NCBI GenBank assembly: GCA_964016885.1
Contig: OZ024742.1
Coordinates: 87,358,001-87,422,000 of the forward strand
Length of the DNA stretch: 64,000 bases
Reading direction: 5' to 3'
Origin: Eledone cirrhosa
Taxonomy: Eukaryota
The notes beneath the pieces are model-generated. The model had not been told where the DNA came from. It saw nothing but the letters and a program-made list of their open reading frames with translations, and searched no databases. The translations under genes and the position numbers were made by a program. The first letter of the stretch is position 1; each line of letters starts with the position of its first letter. This document shows positions 27,126 to 37,770 of this stretch, one piece after another.

Positions 27126-30100
27126 TTACAGATATATACTCAGAGTCGGCCCATTCACTCGGGCCATTCTTGCTTCTCTCACCCATCTTTCAACAAAATG
27201 CTGGGAAGAGAGCACTTCCTTCTCTACTCTGATTTTCCTTTTCAAATGAAATTTGAAAAAGTCAATCAGAGCATCACCGAAGAGGTAAGTGCTCGTCTTC
27301 AGCCCTTTCAAACGTGTCCACCATACTATCTCTTTCGCCATGGCCACCAGACAGATAAAAACTGCCTGCCCTTCCCGGCTAAAGGAGGAGGGCGGGGCAA
27401 TCCTCACGATAGACTCAGATGATAGCTGGATCCGTCCTAAACGCGACAGCAGGTGTTCGACATAAACCCACAAGTCAGCAATTTTCGGACACTGGACGAG
27501 TGCGTGCAGGACGGTTTCGTCGCCCTGCGCGCATCTCGGACATGCCCGGCTGACGGCACCTCCATGCCTGTAGAGTTTATCCCGAACTGGCAAGGCTCCT
27601 CGGTAGCACTGCCAGGCCAGAGATTTCTGGAAGTTGTCCATAGGCCCTGGCCCGAAAGTTCTTCCGAAGAGATTGGCTAGTTGATTTTCGTCGACGCCTA
27701 GAGTTTCCCCAAGTACGTCGTCGCTCTTCCCCTCCACTAATCCTCTATAGAACGCCGAGGTGGAGTTTCCACCGATCACATTGCCCGATTGGTCGAGGGC
27801 TGTGAGCGCCTGAAGACATTCCAGTCTCCAGGCGCTCCCTCTCGGTCTTCGCTTGACCCAGGACTGCAGCTCCGTCAAGGAAACGAGCTGGGGAAAAACG
27901 CGTCTAGCAAACGGCGACCACACCTGATCACCGTCGAGGAAGAGGTGGAGATGTCGTAGCCTGAGCGCGTGCCTGCGCATCATCAGCCACGGCATGCCCA
28001 GCCCTCCACGTAGCGGGTGTTGACAACAGATGGACCGCCTGACCATCGGAGCACGTCCCATCCACAAAAAGCGAAATAGCAAACGCTCCAGCGCAGTCAG
28101 GCGAGGCTTAGGACAAGGTACGACGGTTAGGCGGTAGCAGATGACAGACGCGATGTACGCGTTAGCCACCTCCGCTCGACCTTTCAGGGATAGCTTCCTC
28201 TCCGCCCATTTCTGGGTGAGAGAAGCCACCCTGCTCGTCACCTCGTCCCAGTTTTTGTCCGTCTGGAGGTCCGGACCGAACCAGACCCCTAGCAATTTAA
28301 CCGGTCCGTCCGTCCAGCGCCCGACGACGCTGTTGGACGGCATGGACCTGCCTCTCCAGGTGCCGAGCTGCAGGCCCACTGACTTTTCCTGGTTGATCAT
28401 TGCTCCTGTCACCGCTTCGTATTCTCTTAGTGTAGTGCCGATCGCCTCGATGTGTTTGGCGTTCGACACCACTACGGTGACATCGTCCGCATATGCTGAC
28501 ACGGATCTTCCGCATCCTAGTTCGCGCGGGACTCTCCTCAACGTCTCCAGTTTGTGCAGTAATGGCTCGAGAGTCAATACGTACAAGAGGGACGAGAGGG
28601 GACATCCTTGGCGGACCGAGCGCATGATGTTGAACGGTTCCGACAGGTGACCGTTCACTCTCACCACAGAGCAGATGTCGCTGTGCATGGCAGCGATCCA
28701 GCCTCTGAAGACGGGCCCAAAGCCAGCCGCCCTCAGGACTGCCGCTAGGTAACGATGGTCGACCCTATCGAAAGCTTTCGACTGATCTAAATTGATCAAG
28801 GACCCACCCGTGCCAGGTTCCCTAGCTACCCTCTCTACGATGTATCGCATGAGGTGGAGGTTGTCGTGGATGGATCTGTCGGGAATGGCGCATGTCTGCG
28901 CCTCTCCCACCAGACCACCAACGACAAGCGCCAACCTCTTTGCTAGCACCTTGGCCAAAATCTTAAACTCTGTGTTTAGCAGAGTTATGGGCCGGAAATT
29001 GTCTATGTTATCCCCCTTGTTCGGATCCTTTCTCAGCAGTGCCACCGCTCCTCGGCTCACAGAACTGGGAATTCTCCCGTTCTGTTGCCAGTTGCAGTAG
29101 ACGTCCGCCAAGAGGCCTCCGAACAAGTCTGGCATCTGTACGTAAAGTTCATAGGGCAGACCATCCAAACCAGGCGATTTACCCCTTGTGCAGCCAGTCA
29201 TTGCCTCCCGTACTTCAGCGGCTGTTATCGGCTTTTCGCAACACTTCGCCTCAGTGGCCGAGAGCCGCGGCAGTCCGTCGAGGTAGACACTAAAGTCCAT
29301 CCCTCTACCCGGCCCCCCGCTGCCCCCGAACAGCTGAGCGAAGTGTCGCTGAAAAGCTTCACACATTTGCCCGGGATCGAGTAGCATGCGCCCGTCGTGG
29401 TCCACCAAAGACCGGATCGTGGCTTTGTTGCCACGACGCGCCTCCGCCACTCGGGCCCATTGAACGGCTTTCGTCCCCTCGTGTCTGAGAGCACGCACCC
29501 TAGCTCTGACAACGCAGCCTTCGTGCTTTGCATTGAAGAATTGGTCAAGGGCCAATTTCGCCGCAAGCACGTCGGTCGCAATGCCTTTGCTAAGCGCCTC
29601 GTCTAATTTTCTAACTAGTTCTCCCTCTGCTCTATTTTTCTCTATTGCTAAAGCCTTACTAAACCTAATCGATTCTATTCTAATCGCTCTTTTCAGAGCA
29701 AACCACCACTTGTTGTTGACGATGGCCCCCGTCAACGCCCGCTTAACTAGTTCGCTAATCCGGTCTCTGTAGGCCTTGCGCGCTGGTAAGGACGCGTTTA
29801 GCTTCCAGTAGCCGGGTCCTCGTCTATGAAGCCTATCTAAGTCAAGCACACAGGTCACGAATTTGTGGTCCGTGTAGCTGACTATCTTGAATTGTGGACA
29901 GCCTATGCTAGACCTATCTATTTCCCTACAAAATACTCTATCTAGATATGATCTGGATGACCCTATGCGGTTTGTCCAAGTCCACATTGGCACATTCGGG
30001 AAATCCAATCGGTACCTGTCAGACAGTTCAAAACGCCTGAGCAGGTTGGTGAGGCTCTTGCACCCTCCACCCCTATCCGCTAATCCCACACAGTCCCAGC

Positions 30101-30545
30101 GTGCATCTAAGATCCCGTTCCAGTCGCCCACTAACACTAAAGAGCGGGACGTTCCAAGAAAGGTCTCCAGACGCCGGAAGAAATCAGGCCGCCCTGCTCC
30201 TGTCGGGGCATAGACGGCCACTAGCCTGAAAGCTTGCCCGTCTCCGCTGGTCACGTCCAGCACCACCAGCTTACCCTCTGGGTCCAGGAAGATGGCCCGT
30301 ATGGCGAGATCCAAACCTCTCCGAAAAAGCACAGCAACTCCTCCACCCGATCCAGGACGGCTGGGAGATGCGTACACATCGTAGCCGCCGAAGATCGGTG
30401 CGAAGGCCCGTGCTTCGGAGATTCTGGTCTCGCTGATGGCCACTACATCTATGTTTAGTGACCTGAGGTCGTTGAGCAGGTGACCCTGCTTCCATGACGA
30501 CCCCAAGCCACGCGCATTTATGCTGCCTATTCTGAGTGAGGTCAT
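27126..30545 (-). CDS. ORF2: APE endonuclease, reverse transcriptase and C-terminal CCHC zinc finger (Tx1/L1-like)
   Basis: GSINARG, AISET, VYAP, GDWN, YLDR, TDH; KSPGLDG, NFRPITLLN, LDQSKAFDRV, VRQGCPLS, YADD; CPRC...ETVLHALVQC; 1139 aa uninterrupted. Confidence 0.97.
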   Translation of the reverse strand: MTSLRIGSINARGLGSSWKQGHLLNDLRSLNIDVVAISETRISEARAFAPIFGGYDVYASPSRPGSGGGVAVLFRRGLDLAIRAIFLDPEGKLVVLDVTSGDGQAFRLVAVYAPTGAGRPDFFRRLETFLGTSRSLVLVGDWNGILDARWDCVGLADRGGGCKSLTNLLRRFELSDRYRLDFPNVPMWTWTNRIGSSRSYLDRVFCREIDRSSIGCPQFKIVSYTDHKFVTCVLDLDRLHRRGPGYWKLNASLPARKAYRDRISELVKRALTGAIVNNKWWFALKRAIRIESIRFSKALAIEKNRAEGELVRKLDEALSKGIATDVLAAKLALDQFFNAKHEGCVVRARVRALRHEGTKAVQWARVAEARRGNKATIRSLVDHDGRMLLDPGQMCEAFQRHFAQLFGGSGGPGRGMDFSVYLDGLPRLSATEAKCCEKPITAAEVREAMTGCTRGKSPGLDGLPYELYVQMPDLFGGLLADVYCNWQQNGRIPSSVSRGAVALLRKDPNKGDNIDNFRPITLLNTEFKILAKVLAKRLALVVGGLVGEAQTCAIPDRSIHDNLHLMRYIVERVAREPGTGGSLINLDQSKAFDRVDHRYLAAVLRAAGFGPVFRGWIAAMHSDICSVVRVNGHLSEPFNIMRSVRQGCPLSSLLYVLTLEPLLHKLETLRRVPRELGCGRSVSAYADDVTVVVSNAKHIEAIGTTLREYEAVTGAMINQEKSVGLQLGTWRGRSMPSNSVVGRWTDGPVKLLGVWFGPDLQTDKNWDEVTSRVASLTQKWAERKLSLKGRAEVANAYIASVICYRLTVVPCPKPRLTALERLLFRFLWMGRAPMVRRSICCQHPLRGGLGMPWLMMRRHALRLRHLHLFLDGDQVWSPFARRVFPQLVSLTELQSWVKRRPRGSAWRLECLQALTALDQSGNVIGGNSTSAFYRGLVEGKSDDVLGETLGVDENQLANLFGRTFGPGPMDNFQKSLAWQCYRGALPVRDKLYRHGGAVSRACPRCAQGDETVLHALVQCPKIADLWVYVEHLLSRLGRIQLSSESIVRIAPPSSFSREGQAVFICLVAMAKEIVWWTRLKGLKTSTYLFGDALIDFFKFHLKRKIRVEKEVLSSQHFVERWVREARMARVNGPTLSIYL

Positions 30546-30580
30546 GTTTAAAATAGAGTGGAAAAGATGGGAAAGACCAC

Positions 30581-32677
30581 TTACCGTACTTTTGGTAGAG
30601 GAGGGATGGTTTTTACATCCCTTTTCACTTGATCGTCTGGTGAAGGGACCGTTGAATCGTCCCTTCGGCTGGTCGTCGGCTCTTCTAAGAGAATGTCTGA
30701 GTATACTCTTCGATTGATGGTTCCTCCTAGGTCCCTGAAATCACCAACTGCGTTGGGGAATTTCGTTTTAATGTTTGTGTATTGTTTCTGTGCTATTTTT
30801 AGCAGTCTTATGTTAGTTGGCGTTTTGATTGGTGCTGGTATTATGTAGTCCTGTTGTGAAATGTCTGTGTGTTCAATTATGTAAGTCATTAGTTTCTTGT
30901 TGTGTGTATTTATTGCCGTGCATTTGTTTTTCTGGGGGTGGGGTGTGGTTCTGCTATTTTCTTGTCGTTGTTGCTGGGTGTGTGTGTTTTGTTGTTGTGT
31001 TTGCGACGTTGGTGCTTGTGGTGGTGGTGTTGAAGGTGTTGTTGGCGGTGGGGTTGTCGCCGGTGGTGATGGTGGTGCTAGTGTGGGTGGTGATGGTGTT
31101 GGTGTTGTTGCTGCTGTGGGTCTCTTTGCAGTAGACTTTACCCTTTTCTCATTTCTTTCCTCCCTTTTCAAAGGCGACGATGCGCTGCTTCTGCGTTTGT
31201 GCCTTCTTACGACCTTTTGCCATCCCTCTCCCACCTCACACTCCATGTCTGATTCTGTGAGGTCGGGGAGGGGTACCAGCTCCACTCTTTCACTTGTTGT
31301 TGTTGGTGATGTTTGCACTGGAGTCTCTGTTGCAGCTGCATTTGGTATTGCTGTTGTTGTTGTTAATATTTCCACTGCTGCTGCTGTTTTTGATTTCCGT
31401 GGCGTGGGTATGGGTGCCACGGACCTATCGTTCCTGGTTGCCGCTTGTCCTGTTGCTGGTAGCCGTGGAGCCGGATTCGGAAGGAGGGGGGTTTTCTCCT
31501 TTCTCAGGGTCTTCTCGTTGCAGAAGGCCCTGAGGTGAGTCTTCGATCCACAGCGAAAGCATTTCGGGCGTTTGCCCTCAACACTTATGGGCAGTTGAGT
31601 GCCGTTATCGAAGTCTATCACATCCGGGATAGCTTCGATGCACTCCTGGTTGGTTTGGATTAGCATCTCAATGGAGGAGCCGACCCAATCTTCTCTTACT
31701 TTTTTCTGTACTTGCAGTACAGTTGTTTTGTCCTCGATTCCGACGAGGACAGACGCGGCCAGCCAAGAAGGGGTCATTCCGGGGGGGACGTGGGTCAGTT
31801 TGACCCTCACAATTTTTTGCCCGCAGTAGGAGGGCACCAACACCATTTCCTCGCTCCTTAGGGTCACTACTGATTGGGCCTTTGCCTCCTGGGGTGTGGC
31901 AAAAAGTACGTCTACGGTGGCATATTTTTTGCCTCGGGTGATGTGCGTTTTCCGCTGCCACACAGACCCCAAGGCTTTTTGTATTTGGGCCTCTGTGGCT
32001 CTTTCCACCCTACGGGATTTTGTACTTACTGTACGGTACGTGACCGTACAGTGCTCTTGGGTCTCGAAAAACTTTTCCGCTGCCTTGCAGATTGCTCGGT
32101 GTCCGTTCTTTGTCACCATCTTCTTCGCTTCCTCTAATTCCTCATTTGTTATGAGGATTGTTTCCAAGTTTTTCGCAATACCTGCAAATGAGATTGGTTT
32201 TTCTCTGCTGTTGTTGTTGTCGTCAGAGCTGCTGGTACTTTTGTTGTTGCTGCAGGTACTACGACTACTGCCTCCGCCGCTGTTGCTGTGGTTGTTGTTG
32301 GTGTTGCTGCTGCTAATGCTGTTGTTGTTTATGCTGCTGGTGATGCTGTTGCGGCTGCTACTGTTGTTTTCATTGTCACTGTTGCTGTTGTTATTACGGC
32401 TGCTACTGCTATTATTCCTGACGTCAGACGAATGAACTGGGTTTTCGTATTTCCCGCACACCTGTTTCGTCGCTGTCGTCGTCGTCGTGGAGAAACCTTG
32501 CACGCTTTGCACGAGACTTTTCTTTTCTTTCGTCGCTTGCGAAAGAGAAGGGAGGGAGAGAGACACATTTAAAGAAGGGAGGGAGAGAGACAATCTTCTC
32601 TCTGCTGTAGTGATGATTGAGGAAGAAGAAGACGGAATGAGTGGGAGTGACGTATGAAATTTCTTTTTCGTAGCCAT
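30581..32677 (-). CDS. ORF1: gag-like RNA-binding protein with one zinc knuckle and long low-complexity tails
   Basis: CFRCGSKTHLRAFC knuckle, ISFAGIA and GWQKVVRR motifs typical of L1/Tx1 ORF1; lies directly upstream of ORF2. Confidence 0.92.
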   Translation of the reverse strand: MATKKKFHTSLPLIPSSSSSIITTAERRLSLSLPSLNVSLSLPSLSQATKEKKSLVQSVQGFSTTTTTATKQVCGKYENPVHSSDVRNNSSSSRNNNSNSDNENNSSSRNSITSSINNNSISSSNTNNNHSNSGGGSSRSTCSNNKSTSSSDDNNNSREKPISFAGIAKNLETILITNEELEEAKKMVTKNGHRAICKAAEKFFETQEHCTVTYRTVSTKSRRVERATEAQIQKALGSVWQRKTHITRGKKYATVDVLFATPQEAKAQSVVTLRSEEMVLVPSYCGQKIVRVKLTHVPPGMTPSWLAASVLVGIEDKTTVLQVQKKVREDWVGSSIEMLIQTNQECIEAIPDVIDFDNGTQLPISVEGKRPKCFRCGSKTHLRAFCNEKTLRKEKTPLLPNPAPRLPATGQAATRNDRSVAPIPTPRKSKTAAAVEILTTTTAIPNAAATETPVQTSPTTTSERVELVPLPDLTESDMECEVGEGWQKVVRRHKRRSSASSPLKREERNEKRVKSTAKRPTAATTPTPSPPTLAPPSPPATTPPPTTPSTPPPQAPTSQTQQQNTHTQQQRQENSRTTPHPQKNKCTAINTHNKKLMTYIIEHTDISQQDYIIPAPIKTPTNIRLLKIAQKQYTNIKTKFPNAVGDFRDLGGTINRRVYSDILLEEPTTSRRDDSTVPSPDDQVKRDVKTIPPLPKVR

Positions 32678-32912
32678 GTTGTTTTTTGTTTAAAATGAAA
32701 TTTTGGGTACAAAACCCCAATAACTGGTTATTTAACCCCGAAGGGCCAAATAACGGACAGAAAGACCCCTCTCACGAGGAGGAGGGTGTCTTTATCAACA
32801 ATTTGGTTCAAGTTTTAAACAATTTACAATTGTTTTAACGGTTAAAAATTACTATACCTTACAGAGCCGAGCCTCCGTCAACCATGGCATTCAATAATAA
32901 TAATAATAATAA

Positions 32913-35900
32913 CCTAACCATACATTCGCCAATCCTCGATAAGAGTGTTTAAATATCGAACCTAAACAGTTCGAATAACGGTGAAATGGAGACTAGAACG
33001 TCATGTGACAGACTCTCACCCAACAGGTGCTCCCTGGCTCAGCAGCAGGAACCTGAGTGTCAAACAAATACTGCTGGTGTTGGAGGAAGAAGAAGAAGGA
33101 AAGGGACCAGAACCAACTGGACGAAAGAATTGAATAGAACTGTTATGCAATGTTACCTGAAAAGTAACCCCAAGGAGGGGGGCTATAGGCGACGGATGCA
33201 TAACATCTGGAACGAGATTGGTCTATTTAAATTAGATGAACAAAAATTGGCCGGGCAGGCTCGGGTAATAAGAACTAATGGGTGGATAAGCGAGCTGGAA
33301 CTGGAGGAACTGAGCAGAGAGAATTGCTTGGAGATGGAGGGTGTAGTATGCCAGTCAAACGAGCCAGTGGGAAATGAAGGTGAAGAGGTCGAGAGAACGG
33401 AGGAACCACCCGAAGCAGACAATGATGTGAATACTGAGATAAATAATACCTGGAACAGAGATACGGCCACTGAGGAGATGAATGCTGACGGGCTAGGACA
33501 AGATTCGGTCGACATCCTAAATTTAGTGGTAGATGAATTGAACAATGATAGTGGGAGACCTATGAACCTCAGATTTGTAGACAGGAAAAAGTTAAAAGAA
33601 ACAACAGCTAGGGTAAACAAAGTCATCCCATACCTTGAGGCGAGGAGCCTTCACCAGTGCAACAATATCCTCAAAGCAACAGCAAATACGGTGAGGAAAC
33701 TACTCGGTATAAAAGCGAGAGGAAACAACAGACAAGAAAGAGCAGAGCCTTGGTGGAAGAAACGACTGAGTGGTCAAATGTAGGAAATGAGAAATTACAT
33801 AGGAAAGCTTGAGTCACTACTGAATGGGACACTAAAAAATATAGGCACTAAATATAGACTGGAAATAAAGGACAAAACTAGGAAGAAAAAGCTAAATATT
33901 ATCATAGAGGAACTGAAGCAACGCATTGTAGCAAAGAGTGCAAAAATCAGGTGATACAAGAACCGGGTCAGTCAGTATAAACAGAACCGCATGTTCGACA
34001 ACAACCAGAAGATGCTGTTTGGACAGCTTGAGGTGAAAGAAAGAGGCAACGACTTGTTCCCTGAGGCGGAACAAACTAAACATTCTGGAGAGGAATATGG
34101 GAGCAGGATGTTAGACATAATGACCAGGCAGGGTGGATTGAGACAGTACAGAGGGAGATCGGTGAGCATGCACACCAACAAACTGATTTGAGTATCACAG
34201 TTGAAACTATTAAGGGGCAGGCCAAAAAACTAACCAACTGGAAATCACCAGGCCCAGATGGTGTGCAGGGGTATTGGATTAAACATGTAACATCCCTCCA
34301 CCCGAGACTGACGGCCATGTTCAATGACTGCTTGGTGTCGGGTGAGGTGCCAGAGTGGTTGACAAAAGGTACCACAGTTCTGATAATGAAAGACCGAATC
34401 AAGGGTAATGATGTTACCAACTATAGACCCATCACATGTCTGTCCGTAATGTGGAAACTGTTGACAAGCATTGAGTCTGAGGAAATCTACCATAACCTCC
34501 ACACAAACAACTTGTTACCGGACGAACAGAAAGGATGCTGAAAGAAGTCACGTGGTACAAAGGACCAGTTACTTAATTATAAGATGGTAATGGGGAATTG
34601 CAGGAGGAGACACACTGATCTTGCCATGGGATGGATAGACTACAGAAAGGCATTTGACATGGTGCCTCATTCTTGGATCACCAAAAGCCTGGAGATCTTC
34701 AAGGTGGCAGATAACATCAGACAGTTGCTGGGCAGGAGTATGGGGTCCTGGGAGACAGAGTTGACATCAACTGGAGAATCCTTGGGAAGCGTGAAGATCA
34801 AGAGAGGTATCTTCCACGGAGATAGCCTGTCCCCTCTGTTGTTTTTCCTTGTCCTGATGCCCTTGACCATTATGCTGCAAAAAGTGAGAGCAGGATACAA
34901 GTTGGGAAAGGGAGAGCTTACCATCAATCACCTCCTCTTCATGGACGATCTTAAGCTCTTCGGGTAGAGTGAGAAGGGGTTGGATGTGCTTGTTGACACT
35001 GTCCGTATTTTTAGCAGTGATATATGTATGCAGTTTGGTATTGTAAGTGTGGAGTCATTGTGATGAGGAGGGGTAGGTTGAAGAGAAGTAACGGAATCCA
35101 GATACCAACATTTGAGATGATAAAGGAAATTGACTCTGAGGAAGGATACAAGTATTTGGGCGTTCTGGAGGCTGATGGCATAAAGAACCAAAAAATGAAG
35201 AAACTGTTAAGAACTGAATACATTCGGAGAGCAAGGAGCGTATTGAAGTGACATCTGAACAGCAGAAATGCCATAAGCGCAGTAAATTCCCGAGTTGTGT
35301 CCATTATTAGGTACAGTGCGGGAATTCTGAGATGGAATGTTGCTGAACAAGAAGAAATGGATAGGAAGACTAGGAAGCTATTGACTATCTACAACATGTT
35401 CCACGAAAGGAGTGATGTCGATAGACTCTACCTAAGGAGATCTGAGGGTGGAAGAGGTCTCATCAGCATAGAGGACTGTGTTCAGATGGAGAAAAACAAC
35501 CTATACAAATACGTGACTGATAGTAAGGAGCCAATGCTCAGAACTGTACTGAAGGAGGGGACAATAGGCCAGGGGATGTCCAAGGAGGAAATAACATCAA
35601 GGAGAAAGAGCAGCCTTCAGGGAAAATCCATTCATAGTACCTTCTTTGAGAAAACTGAATTTAGAGATCCACAGACATGGAAATGGTTGAGAAGAGGAGA
35701 CCTCAAAAAGGCTACAGAAGGAACGTTAATGGCTGCGCAGGAGCAGGCCCTCAAAACGAAGTGGTTGAAACACCATATTTACAAGGAGGAGGCTAGCCCA
35801 CTGTGCAGGATCTGTGGAGAGAGAGAGGAGATTGTGGCTCACATTGTATCCGAGTGTAAACACCTAGCCCAGACCCACTATAAGGACTGGAGACATGATG

Positions 35901-36446
35901 TGATGGGCAGGGTGATCCACTGGCACCTGTGCAAAGTAAACAATTTACCACATTCTGAGAAATGGTATGAGCATAGGCCAGAGGCGGTGATGGAGAACGA
36001 TCAGGTGAAGGTGCTGTGGGATTTTAGGATACAGACGGACAAGAAACTGGAACACAATAGACCTGACCTGGTGGTTGTGGACAAAAAAAAATATCGTGTC
36101 TGATTGTGGATGTGGACTGCCCATTCGACACGAGAGTGCAAGAGAAGGAGAGGGAGAAAATTAACCGATACCAGGAATTAAAGTGGGAGCTAAAAAGGAT
36201 TTGGAAATGCCATGATGTCAAAGTGATCCCGATTGTCATAGGCGCACTGGGGACTATCTCCAAAAGTTTCCAAGTATGGTTAAAGAAAATCGGCCCCTTA
36301 ACGCTTTGGAACGCTTCAAAAGGCATGCTTGCTGGGAACAGCAAGAACCCTCCGATACGTCCTGAATATCTGAGGCTGCAGGTAGTGGCTTGCTATTCAT
36401 TCCAACGGACTTCCCAGTTAACCAACATCAATGACTGAGATTCAAG

Positions 36447-36448
<2 letters not shown>
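32913..36448 (+). mobile_element. Near full-length Dong/R4-like copy disabled by stops and frameshifts
   Basis: Collinear with 37771-41307 (METRTSCDRLSPNR start to the ttcaagga end); (TAA)n on both sides. Confidence 0.96.

Positions 36449-36510
<62 letters not shown>
36449..36510. repeat. (TAA)n tract
   Basis: Direct observation. Confidence 0.98.
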
Positions 36511-36620
36511 TTTTAACATATTTAAATCATTTGTGAAATAACAACTCTTAGTACAAATGCTACGTAAAGCACCCGGCTTGAGCCCCAAAAAAAATTCGGA
36601 CCCAAAATATATTGTTATAA

Positions 36621-37269
36621 GGCTCAAATATTCAAATATTCAACTTTGTATTGTACACTGTATATCCAAAAAAAAATGGCTATAAATGGAAGAAGAAGAA
36701 CCCCCCCCCCCTCCTCTCCTCTGGCTACACTATATAGGACAGCTAAACTCACCAACACCAGAAACTAGATACACCACCCACCCCATCATCTGTGTACACT
36801 AAACACAACAGCATTTTCACCTCCACCGCCACCGCTCACTACGACCATCATTGCCGCCACTATCCCATCACCGCCGCCACCACCCCTTGACTCCTTCACT
36901 GCTGCTGCCACCGCTACAGCACCATCACTACAGTAATACGGCTCAAGTATTCAAATATTCAACTTTGTATTGTACACTGTATATCCAAAAAAAAAAAAAA
37001 ATAAAATGGCTATAAATGGAAGAAGAAGAACCCCCCCCCCTCCTCTCCTCTGGCTACACTATATAGGACAGCTAAACTCACCAACACCAGAAACTAGATA
37101 CACCACCCACCCCATCATCTGTGTACACTAAACACAACAGCATTTTCACCTCCACCGCCACCGCTCACTACGGCCATCATTGCCACCACTATCCCATCAC
37201 CGCGCCACCACCCCCTGACTCCTTCACTGCTGCTGCCACCGCTACAGCACCATCACTACAGTAATACGG
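36621..37269. repeat. Tandem duplication of a ~320-330 bp unit (36621-36939 and 36940-37269)
   Basis: Two near-identical copies from ggctcaa(a/g)tattcaaatattcaac to catcactacagtaatacgg. Confidence 0.95.
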
Positions 37270-37770
37270 TCGCATCACCGCCACCACTGCCTCGGTATCG
37301 ACATCACCACCACCACTGTCTCAGTATCGCCAACGCCGCCAGTCTCTGCTGGCTACCACTTCCACATTATAGAATTCCTTACTACTAACAAAGAGGAAGG
37401 CATCAAAATATATAGATAGACTCAAAAGAAAAAAGAAAAAACAAACAACAAAAGCAGCACAGCAACAACAGTAAAAAACGAGAAAAACAGAGAAAAACAA
37501 AAACAAAAAAAGAAACCCCAAAAACGTAAAGAAAATAAGAATGAAGAGAGAAGCAGGCGGACGGACAGAGAAGAGGGGGGAAAAAGTAAAACTTAAAAAA
37601 CAAAAACTAAGTCAGATATTCGAATACTACATTACAATGAAACTTATGCTTATTCATTTTTGGGGCCCTTTCTGCCCGTGTGTTTGTTTGTTTATGTGTG
37701 TCCGTATACAGCGTGGTGATAATGCCACACAAGGGCCAAGTGGGATGGCGGATCCACAGATGGCTATGTA

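Larger units (their letters stand above)
26862..32892 (-). mobile_element. Full-length, apparently intact Tx1/L1-clade non-LTR retrotransposon inserted in (TAA)n
   Basis: 5' UTR 32678-32892, ORF1, 35-nt spacer, ORF2, 3' UTR with AATAAA just before the end. (AAT)n at 26790-26861 and 32893-32912. Confidence 0.95.

Noticed and set aside
27453-32572. Plus-strand ORFs overlapping the Tx1-like element, and minus-strand ORFs over the Dong copies
   Set aside because: Antisense or alternate-frame shadows of retrotransposon ORFs with no independent motifs.
32761-32795. TCCTCGT loop in the Tx1 5' UTR suggesting an HDV-like ribozyme
   Set aside because: The flanks form a simple long hairpin; no P1/P2 pseudoknot or J4/2 could be assigned.
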